Assembly (NCBI RefSeq): GCF_023055435.1
Contig: NW_025963813.1
Span: forward strand, 38,440,001-38,504,000
Direction of reading: 5' to 3'
Length of the DNA stretch: 64,000 nucleotides
Source of the DNA: Haliotis rufescens
Lineage: Eukaryota
Part shown: one piece after another, positions 1 through 10,568 of the stretch
Layout: the number at the start of each line of letters is the position of its first letter
How positions within the stretch are numbered: position 1 is the first letter of the stretch
Notes under the pieces: model-generated
The model's input: only the letters and a program-made list of their open reading frames with translations
Databases searched by the model: none
What the model was told of the DNA's origin: nothing
Position numbers and translations under genes: made by a program

Positions 1-52
1 CGAGGTTTCACCATTGACGTAATAGCTGGAAACCAATGACAAACGATTACAA

Positions 53-108
53 CACTACTACGACTACTACTACTACTACTACTTTACGACTACAACATAA
101 CTACTACT
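53..108. repeat. (ACT)n microsatellite
   Basis: Imperfect ACT run. Confidence 0.8.
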
Positions 109-717
109 CCTAACAATAATTATTGATGGAATTGAGGAATTATTGACCATCTCGTGGAAAGTCATGATTGATGCTTAAGAGTAAGTGATGCTTCAGAGTT
201 TGCGAGTTTGCCTATTTAGTGGTATATACTAGATGGAATTTGATAGAAAGTGAAAGGGAGAGTTTGTTCCTGTATGTTCCCTTACTTACTGATGGAAGCT
301 CACGACATCAACCGCGCTTGCCCCACCATGAGACAAAAATCTGCAACACACAAATAATCAGAAACTCTGTATGGAGGCGTTACCACATCCCAGGTCTAAC
401 ATGCTCGTAGCAATTACATTGGGATTGTGTTCTCCGGGTATATATTTGTATGCCTGCTGACAGATTAGTCGCTGGATACCGTTGGCATAGCAAGGGAGCA
501 TTGTGCCTATGTTGACTGTGTATTCTGTTTCCGGACACTTTCATGAATGTATTAAAATTACAAGACAAAATGCAGTCAACCAGCTTGAGACAAACACGGA
601 TCTGTCATTTAATACAGGAAAAGGAGACTACGAATTTTATTATAATAAGGATTCTGATTATTATTCAGTGACACCATATGGATTGTCAGACAAAGGTAAA
701 AACTTCACGTTTCACCC

Positions 718-1251
718 CATCTTCCTAATGCAAGAGAGTTAATTGACTTTAAAAGCCTAGTTTCCACCCTTGCCGAACTACGCTTGAATTCCTGGGCTCG
801 ATCGCAGCGCCACCAGTGGCTATTACGAGTTATGTCCCTTCTGCCCCTCTCCTATGGACCAATCAGATTCCACCTCATGTATCACTTGCATTTGCTTCAA
901 ACAAAACGGGGGCGCCCAGTCAAGAGGATCTGATGGATAATCAAGATCTGTATATTGTGATAAAACGAGTCTTACATCGCGAATCGATCACATCACGTGA
1001 GCACCTTGATTAAAAACATGAAAATCTTTAGAAAATTTCTGTTGACAACGAGTTAGCGGTGCACATGTTTTGCAAATCCTGCAATCGGCCGTATTTACGA
1101 ACCGTGTTTCGATTTCGGAGCACGGTTTTGATTGGACTATGCAGAGACTCGTTAGTCCAGCCAAAATGTAACTCCATAACACCAGCCAAGTTCGGCAAGG
1201 GTGGAAACTGGACTTTTATAGTCAGTTAACTCATTTGCCTCGGGAAGATGC
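718..1251. mobile_element. Non-autonomous TIR DNA element (MITE-like)
   Basis: Imperfect terminal inverted repeats of about 60 bp (718-779 vs 1189-1250; core GTTTCCACCCTTGCCGAACT), flanked by direct repeat TTTCACCC at 710-717 and 1252-1259. Confidence 0.75.
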
Positions 1252-1317
1252 TTTCACCCACGACGTGATATAACGTCTTCTGCCATGTAACCACCAGTGT
1301 AAAACTGAGACACTTAC

Positions 1318-2654
1318 CCTTTTACCCCAGATGCATGAGTGACAGTCACATCTGGTCCTACGATGAGGCTGGACTTATACGACGTACCTTGGAGGACCCG
1401 CTTCAGCTGTGCAAAGTCATTGGCGAGTTGGGCGTCCGATAATGTGATGTTTGCGTTGTGATGAAACACATTTGGTTCTAGGCAAAACGCAGATACGTAC
1501 AAGCTAACAGTGGAAGCAGATGGACGTCGTCTTACTCGCCCTGGTGCTTTGGGTTCTTGATTATAGCTTCATCCTATTGTTGCAGTAGAGTTCGACAACA
1601 AACCAAATTTTGTATTGCTGTTCCAACTATGTACTGTCGCATGTGGCCGTTAATATATGACCCTGCGTAGTTCTTCATTGTGTACAGTCATGTACAGTAA
1701 CACTTTTTTTCATCAGTTTGTTATTGGGAGAAGGTTTACACGACCTTGTATAACAGTTCTCAGCATAAATATCATACAGAATGCATTGCCACTTATATAC
1801 TAGTAATTCTATAGGCATTGTGAAGTGAATGTTTCTAAAGATTTATAGTTGTTCCTTTCTTATTTATTGTAGATTGTGGGGGCACGGGTAGCCAAGTCGT
1901 CTAAGGCGCCGCGATTCGCTGTGCAGAGTTGCGTCCCTTGGGCACGCCAGAAACCTATGATTGTGGGTTCGAATCCCGGTTCGCCCCGATTATGTTACTA
2001 GGTTTGTCAGCACCATACCCGTGCTCGTGGGTTTCACCGAAGTGGTAAACGTCTGAGACCTGCATCACTTCGGGCTTTCCTCCCACATTAAACTGACACG
2101 CCGCGATATAACTGGAATACTGTTAAAAGCGGCGTTAAACCCAACTCACTCACTCATTATTATAGATTGTAAGGATTTGGATTAAGCTGTGTCTGACCAT
2201 TTTACTAACAATTGGTGAGTGAGTAAGTGTTTTGTTTGATTGATTAAGGCCGCACTCTGCAATAATCCAGTCGGCTGTAAATAATCAAGTCTGGACCGAA
2301 AAACCAGTGATTGACTTCATGAGCATCGATCTACGCAATTAGGATACGCTGACATGCATCTACTAAGTCAGCGAGCCACACCACCCGATCCCGTTAGTCG
2401 CCAATTCTAAACCATATCTTCACGGGTCGAGTTTGTACGCCGATTTTAGCAATATTCCATCAATATCACGGCGGGCTTCACACGTTGTGACCATGTCGCG
2501 AATCGAACCCGGGACTTCGGCTTGACGAGCGACAACGTTTTAACCACTAGACTATCCCACCGTCCCTACTGGGAAATAGCACAACGTGTCAGGTGAGGTG
2601 AAATGGGGTTTAACGTCGCGTCCAAGATAGTTGCACTTATATAGCGACGTGCAT

Positions 2655-2716
<62 letters not shown>

Positions 2717-5700
2717 CTGCTTGTACTAGTCCGGACTGATGCCGATTTATAGTGCTAGCTCACTGAGATACAATGCCGCAGATTAACATGAATACCCCAC
2801 TCAGACACAGTATACTGACTCCGAGCCGACCAGTCCTTGTTTTAGCCCCTTAATGCCGAGCGTCAGACAGGGTAACAACAAGTACCATCTTTTAACGTCT
2901 TTTGGTATGACGCGGTCGGGGATCGAATCCCGGACCTTCCGCTCTCCGGGCGGACGCTCTACCACTAGACCACGGAGGCGGTCTCCCAACGTGACAGACA
3001 TGCTGCTACTTCTGAAGACGTAACCTACCATTTCCCAGTTCGAATCCAGCAATATGGTAGCCTTTCTGTGACGAGTATTTAAGCAACAATTCAGCATTCG
3101 ATGGGTCCCATTTTCCTTGCTTCCGCAGTAAAATATTAAGGTCGAATATAAGCTTCACCCCCGTGTTATGAACAAACTTGTTAAGAATATCCCAGTCTTC
3201 AGCTGCAAGATGAAGTACAAATATCTGAAGGGATCAATGCATAAAGCGAGGACACAAAAATGTCATCAAAATACTCCTTGACTTGACTTCCATTAATTGT
3301 ACATTACATGCTCAGTACATAACCGGAACAGGTGACACAATGGCGCACGGTGATATCAAGTTTATTCTTCGCATTGAGACAGACTATTGTACCACAACTG
3401 TCTATGACTGGTTCTTATTTGTTGAGGTGAGGTGAGGTGAGATGAAATTGGGTTTAACGTCGCGTCCAATATTATTGCACTTACATAGCGACGTGCATGC
3501 ACGTGTGTGATGCTGATTTATAGTGCTAGCCCACTGAGATACCATGCCGCAGTTTAACGTGAATACCCGACTCAGACACAGTATACTGACTCCGAGCCGA
3601 CCAGTCCTTGTTTTAGCCCCTTAATGCCGAGCGCCAGACCGGGTAACAACAAGTACCATCTTTGAACGTCTTTTGGTATGACGCGGCCAGGGATCGAACC
3701 CCGGACCTTCCGCTCTCCGGGCGGACGCTCTACCACTAGACCACGGAGGCGGTCTCTTATTTGTTGAAGAGTCAAATCATCCAAGTTTATTGTATTCAGG
3801 CAGTGTACCGATATGATTATCAGATGTTGTTGACAAAATTGCTATAACATCGTGTCAAATGCACATATTGAAATCTAACCGACTTATCTATGGCATTGAC
3901 AGCGTTATATGTGTTTGAATGTCATTGCAAGCGTGAGTTTGCACTGCAGTCTGGATCGGTGTCCCTTTCCACAAGGCATTCGTAGCTTTACGATCGTAAC
4001 TATATAGTTTATCACAGTCTTACAAATGTCGTAGTGTTATTTCTTTAAAAAAATCACTTTGCATTTTTTGTCTTGACTATAAGTAATACTCCTTATTGGC
4101 TGAAGTTCTTGTTTCACGTTATAATTATTAGCACACATGCAGCTATCTTCGTCAACTACTCATTGCGATATTTCGTGATTCTATGTTCAGTGGCGAGGAC
4201 AATAAGGTATTTTACTACAGAGGACACAGGTAACAGAAATCGTCATGTCTCCTTCAATGATTAAGTATATTGTTAATGATACGAATAGTTATTTAAATCT
4301 TATAAAATACTAGGTCAAGCTATTAAATATGCCATCTTCAAGATACCCTAGAAAATGTTATAATATGATGCTTCTCTACGATAGCAATGGGAAGCAAAAT
4401 CGGGCAACAAAAGTCAAAAACATGTTATACGAAAGTGGATATGGTTATATTTGGTTACAGCAACATATAGATATGCCACAGCATTTCTTCCACCGTTTGA
4501 CACAGACCTTAAAATATATGTACATCCCAAAATGGCATGGTTCTTTGTCCAGTTCTAGAAAAGCAAATTACTACACTACATTTAAGACTACTATTATACT
4601 AGAACCTTATCTATTAAGTGTAAATTTCTCTTTCTCGATTTCGTTTTGGCCCACATGATCTATTTATTGAAACAGGCAGATATGAAGGTATTACAAGAGA
4701 ACATAGACTTTGTAGGATTTGTAAAACTGATTGTATTGAAGATGAATATCACTTTTTATATGTATGTCCAGTGTATAAAGATTTACGAGCAAAATATCTA
4801 AATAACTATTTCTACCGTAACCCAATCGGTAACAAATTTTGTAAATTAATGACTTGTGATTGTACAGAAACTATTAGAAATGCATCAATGTTCATTTATC
4901 ATGCTATGAAACTAAGAAAATGTATGAATTTGTAACACGCCCCAGACAATGTACTATAGGCCTTTGGCCTCATAAGTACCATGAATAAAGATTGATTGAT
5001 ACGAATCTTCTTACTCATTTCTTCAGGAACTTTTGAGGCCGACAATTCTTAAACAGCTACAGGTTACTCACCCAATAGTTTGAACGGCGATGCTGCGTTG
5101 GAGCTATGCTGTGTGGCATGGGGATCAAACACGACATGGTCAGCCGAGGTTCCCCCGACCCTCAGATATGAGGGAACGAGTTCTTTCACAAGCTTCTGGA
5201 GATTTGGTGAACTGTACAATGATACAGATGTAAATTATATCAGACGTGTTTGCTGAGAGGTAAAAGCTAGGAAAAATATACAGTCACCTAATCTTATCGT
5301 GTTTCATACCTGTGATGGGATCGAGTGGGTCAGACATGCTGACTTGATTGATACATGTAATTGTATCCACACTGTGCAGTCCGATGCTCATGATGTCAAT
5401 CACTGGATGTCTGGTCCAGACTCGGTTAATTACAGACCGTCGTCATATAGCTGGAAAATTGTTGTGTGGCGTTAAACAAAAACAAACAAACGAAAATTGA
5501 TGGAAAATTTGTTTTTAAAAAAGACAGAAAATAATCATAATGTTGTGAGTGAGTATGGTTTTACGCCGCTTTTAGACATATTCCAGCAAAAGCACGGCGG
5601 GAGACACCGTGAAATCGACTTCACACATTGCACCTGTGTAGGGAATCGAACCCGGGTCTTCAGCGTGACGAGCGAACGCTTTAACCACTAGGCTACTCGG

Positions 5701-6820
5701 CCGCCCCTAATTATAATGTAAGTAGTACAGAGGGACCTGAGAACACACACATAGGAATTAGGCCGTGGGCTAGGTAGAGTTGTGGTGAAAGCGGACCATC
5801 GTCACGCCGAAGACCCAGGTTCGATTCTCCACATTGGTTCAATGTGTGAAGCCCTGATATTGCTGTAATATTGCTGAAAGCCACGTCAAACCATACTCAC
5901 TCTCCTATCATGCTTGGTACTGTTTCGAAGGTCTGCCAATGATGACTTTTGTATAATGCGTTCATAGTATAACGTGCATGTGGCCCGAAGCACCCCTCAC
6001 TCAGTGATATTGATAAAGCAATCTTAAAAACAGTTTATTATACATATTTCTGATGATATGTTTAGAGGCCATGTTCGTCCCAATTCGCTGTACATAGTTG
6101 CCTCCCTTGGGTGCGCCATAAACTTGGATTCCAGGTGGGATCGGCTGTGATAATTTAATTCGTGTTCGTTTCTTTACTGGGGGCTAGGGTGGCCCATTCG
6201 TCTAAGGCGCCGCGATTCGCTGTGCAGAGTTGCGTCCCTTGGGCACGCCAGAAACCTATGATTGTGGGTTCGAATCCTGGTTCGCCCCGATTATGTTTCT
6301 AGGTTTGTCAGCACCATACCTGTGCTCGCGGGTTGCACCAAAGTGGTAAACGTCTGAGACCTGCATCGCTTCGGGCTTTCCTCCCACATTAAACTCACAC
6401 TCTGTTGTATCACTGAAATGCTGTAAATTGCGGCGTAAAATCAAACATACCCATTTACATATGATACATGTATTTATCTTAGCGACACAACTATGACCCT
6501 GGTCTCAATGACTGCCATGATCAACGATGTTTACAACAGTAAAGCAGATTGATTTTGGAAACAGAACCTATGCTTGTTTGTGAAAGTCACATAGGGTCAG
6601 CTATTTATAACGCGGGACATATATCTAACCTGAGATGGTGTCTTTCAAACCCTGCCCGCAAGATATAGCTGTCAATGGTCACTCCAACAAACATGTCGTC
6701 AACCTCCTGCACAACGTTGTCAGTAGAAACTGTCACATGTACTTGAAGTTGCTGCGATGCGGTGAACGTTGGTATCCATAGCAACACGAGGAACCGAATC
6801 GGACTAAACACCTGTACCAT
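1318..6820 (-). CDS. HPSE: Heparanase-like GH79 gene A, partial (exons 1-4; remainder presumably off the left edge)
   Basis: Exons 6630-6820 (signal peptide + FVGVTIDS), 5072-5211 (YLRVGGTSADHVVFDP), 3029-3202 (LIFDLN...WDPSNA...GFELGN), 1318-1477 (EPN...IVGPDV). All have GT-AG borders and splice in frame to give the catalytic GNEPN motif. The symbol means family similarity, not proven orthology. Confidence 0.88.
1879..2155 (+). mobile_element. tRNA-derived SINE family 2
   Basis: A-box/B-box head (GGTTCGAATCCC), (ACTC)n tail, TSD-like ttattRtagattgt. Further copies at about 6179-6450(+), 7148-7300(+), 30918-31190(+), 61650-61865(-). Confidence 0.85.
2592..2985 (-). mobile_element. tRNA-derived SINE family 3 with internal (CA)n
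   Basis: Head GACCGCCTCCGTGGTCTAGTGGTAGAGCG...GGATTCGATCCC and body CATACCAAAAGACGTTAAAAGATGGTAC (recalled as MetaSINE-like, unverified); TSD caacgtgWcag. Confidence 0.85.
2659..2715. repeat. (GT)n microsatellite inside a SINE
   Basis: Perfect GT run. Confidence 0.9.
3425..3754 (-). mobile_element. SINE family 3 copy
   Basis: Near-identical to 2592-2985, with 13-bp TSD TCTTATTTGTTGA. Other copies at about 29178-29302, 41170-41510, 42548-42842. Confidence 0.85.
4287..4996 (+). mobile_element. 5'-truncated CR1/L2-group LINE 3' end
   Basis: Frameshifted ORF2 C-terminus (IETGRYEGITREHRLCRICK...EDEYHFLYVCPVY), AATAAA plus (ATTG)n tail, 10-bp TSD TGATACGAAT (4277-4286, 4997-5006). Confidence 0.75.
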
Positions 6821-7680
6821 ATTTAGAGTTATGAGCTTGACCTGCTACGACTATGGCGCTGACTGTCTGGAACTGGCTGTAGTGTGCCTAGATAATAAAC
6901 TTATCATGAAAAAAAAAGTAGGACTGTTTTCGCTAATTTGCTACCTTTACTATCTATAAATATGTCCAGATCGTTGTATTTCTTGCGACGTTTGGCCCCT
7001 AAATGACTGTTCGTGATGGTGTTAAGAGAATACATGATCCGAGAAAATGTTGTTGTCATTGAAAGATGTATCTGATATGACATTAACTGCCTGTTGGACG
7101 ACTTCCAGTGACATTGTGTATGAGATTTGACGGGACGTGTGGAACAGACGTCTAAGGCGCCGCGATTCGCTGTGCAGAGTTGCGTCCCTTGGGCACGCCA
7201 GAAACCTATGATTGTGGGTTCAAGTCCCGGTTCACCCTGATTATGTTTCTAGGTTTGTCAGCACCATACCCGTGCTCGTGGGTTTCACCGAAGTCGTAAA
7301 CATTAACAGCTCTCATATGTTTCAAAGAACACAAACATGTCCCGTAATAAGAGAATACAGACGAAATTAACATACATGTACCATGTACTTTGCCGAGCGC
7401 CAGACACGGTAACAACAAATACCATCTTTCAATATGTTTTGGCACGACACAGTCTGGAGATCGAACCACGGACCACCAGCTCTCAGAACAGAGGCTCTAC
7501 AAGTGATAAGGAATAAGCAAACCATTTAGGAGAGAATGGGGAGGTTGAGGACATATCAGTTCATCTGTCCCCACGTAACTGTTCCTGGGTAATATTTCAT
7601 GACTGATCAATGAGATGAACAGAGTTTGATCAAACAGCAGTTCTACAAACACTGACGTCGGCTTGAGGAAATACAATCAA

Positions 7681-7980
7681 CCACCATGCGGGGCGAGGGT
7701 TTGTCCGCCTGCCGTTACAGTGTTGTGTAACCCGCATGCGGTGCGAGGATTGGTGTGCCTGCCGTAACACTGCTGTGTAACCCGCATGCGGGGCAAGGGT
7801 TAGTCTGCCTGCCGTAACACTGCTGTGTAACCCGCATGCGGTGCGAGGATTGGTGTGCCTGCCGTAACACTGCTGTGTAACCCGCGTGCGGGGCGAGGGT
7901 TAGTGTGCCTGCCGATACACTGCTGTGTAACCGTCACTCGGGGCGGGGATAAGTCTGCCTGCCGTTACACTTCTGTGTAA
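7681..7980. repeat. GC-rich minisatellite, 6 x 50 bp, alternating A/B units
   Basis: Unit CCCGCATGCGGxGCGAGGxTTxGTxTGCCTGCCGTAACACTGCTGTGTAA; 7731-7780 is identical to 7831-7880. Confidence 0.9.
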
Positions 7981-8514
7981 CGTATTGTGTTGCCGCATGT
8001 ACCAACAATAATGGCTTTCCAAAGGTGTAACAATGTGACCATGTAAATTAGAGAATTAGTATACATAGTTCCAAGCTCATGTCTGTTATTGTGTATGTGT
8101 TGTAACATACTCTTCCTATGAACAGTAGTAAGAAAGCCATACATATGACTGTTGCTCAAAAGGTGTTTGATCAAAGTTATGATATTCAACGCCATTAATG
8201 TTCGGTATTAGGTTTATGTTCCTTCATTGGTAAAATATGCAAATCCTATCATCGCTCTTCCGTGATTTCGTATTGCTGGAATTTACAAGTGGCAAGTCAT
8301 CTACCTACCTCTCTACACACCTCTCTACCTACCTACCTGCCTACAGACCTACAGACATATCTACATAAAGACCTATCAACCAACTAACTCACTAAAGTTT
8401 ACGCGTACCTTCAAACATGTGAAACTGTGTCGTTTTCAATTTATTATTTAGCTATTGATTTTGTAAGAAATGACACAATATACACATACAATGGTTTCAC
8501 TTACAAATCCTCGC

Positions 8515-8693
8515 GTCAGGTTAAGTCCACTTACAACAAAACCAAGAACACTGGAGTCGAGTGTCACACCCACATATTTATCATGGACTTTGTTGACGGC
8601 AGCCTGTGTGTTGATGTAGATGTCAGCATCTGCACCATGAAGGACAGTGCATAAGAAGATTGAGTATACAAGATGGCGGAGCATTGTCATCAC
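8515..8693 (-). CDS. Orphan heparanase-like exon 1 (alternative first exon of gene A, or relic of a lost paralog)
   Basis: ORF MMTMLRHLVYSIFLCTVLHG...YVGVTLDSS...GLNL matches exon 1 of the other copies. The homologous phase-2 donor position reads AC|GCGAGG. No further exons of its own lie before gene A exon 1. Confidence 0.65.
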
Positions 8694-10249
8694 GGACTTC
8701 CACGGTTACGCCCTAGTCTCAAGCACAGAGAAACAGCGCTTTCAGCAAATACCATTTACAACTTACGATAACAGAAAAATTGTTGACCTATTTCGATAGT
8801 CAACTTCACACGTTCTGTCGACAAAGCAGAAATCCATGTCAAGAAAACCAGACACAACAAGGTCGACACACGTATGTTATACAACTGCTATTAACAACTG
8901 TTATACAACACGTATGTTATACAACTGCCAGCAATCTATTAGCCACTCCTGTGTGTTTGGAACTCATGCACTAAATTTACAATATGTTCTCAGATAAATT
9001 CATGCATGTATGTTAAAATCAGTCTTTCACTGGTAATTTTGTAAACCTTTTAGTAAAACGACTGTCCTTAAGGTAAATAGAACTCCTGTCATAATAAACT
9101 GAGATCGTACGATCAAGGTCTCAAACCTGGCTGACCACCTGGTGAACTTTGTGTGTGTCACAATAAAATCTATCTTGCAACCACCGTCATACTATATGTA
9201 TAGTTACAGGAATTATGAAGAGCGTCAATGTATGACGTCATGATATCAGTACAGGCTAACCAGCCGTCTTTTAAGGGTCCTGAATGACAGAGACTGGCCA
9301 TTCAGACAGCTACGTGTACATTATATGAGGCGTAATGGCAATGCCGTGTATAGGACAAAAAAGTTGTCTCAGGACGGCACGTAAAATGATAGATACTGCA
9401 GCATTTGACAATGTCTAAGCTGAATACTCATCTTGTGTATTGCTCACTTTAAAAAACACTGATGTAATATTGTTGCTGTTGTCTGTTCTTTAACACCGTC
9501 CTCAGCAGCAATATTAAAGACCGATAACTGAAGGCATCAACATGCCTTTACTCACAAGCTGTCTATTAAAGTGGGAATAACCAGCCCACATTGCTATCAG
9601 TAATTGAGATTAGAACACAGAGTTACATAAACCATCACTAATATATAGTGTGTGTTATGTCTAAATATTATATATTATTCTTGACCTTTAAAAGAGATAA
9701 TTAATGACAGATTTGACATAAAATTTCAGTCCATTAATGATGGTGCACATTAATGTCCACACGCGCATCTGTACAATCTATTTGCTAAACCAATTCATGC
9801 ATAAAATGTAATGACATTTTCCCTTACATGTCTCTTTGTGCACCGTTGTTGCTCGAAGTATGCTTAGAACAAATGAACTAGAACTAAAACTTGCAATTTG
9901 CTCTTCATTGTAAAGAACGACAAACGACACATTAATGCATGTTCATGTTGTTTGGTTTGTTGTTTAACGCCGCACTCAGCAATATTCCAACTATATGACA
10001 GCGGTCTGTAAATATTCGAGTCCACCCGATCACGTTGGTCGCCTTTTACGACAAGCATAGTCCCCTTTTACGGCAAGCATGGGATGCTGAAGACCTATTC
10101 TACCCCGGATCTTCACGGGTCGCATGATCATGTAATGTAGGGGACGCAAGTGTGTACTTAAGCACTTATGCAGGTGTTTCCAAGCACTGTTGTCACTTAC
10201 TATCATGCCATACTGGTAATTCGTTCGGACATCAATTTCGAAGACATAT

Positions 10250-10500
10250 TTGTCGACACGGACACAATATGATTTAATATATGCACACAAGTTGTATCAA
10301 TGTCGACCCAAAACATTTGTATCAATGGCGACACAACACGATAAGCCTCAATGTCAACACAACACGATATTTATCAATGACGACAAAACACGATATGTTT
10401 TTTTGACGTTACAACAGAATATGTGTCAATGATGACACAACATAATGTGTAATTTTTTTTACACAACACGATATGCCTCAATACCGACACAACACAGTCT
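10250..10500. repeat. Degenerate tandem repeat of about 26 bp upstream of gene B
   Basis: Recurrent ATCAATGTCGACACAACACGATATG-like units. Confidence 0.6.
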
Positions 10501-10568
10501 ATATGAGACCACCTCACATGAATATAGACTATGTGTGACATTCAGTCAGATAAGACAAGCCAGAGACA

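Noticed and set aside
219-742. Short + strand ORFs with a possible donor near 696
   Set aside because: No recognisable domain, no similarity to GH79 exons, no supported acceptor or partner exon.
2801-3784. Repeated ORFs DRLRGLVVERPPGERKVR...
   Set aside because: Chance translation of SINE family 3 copies.
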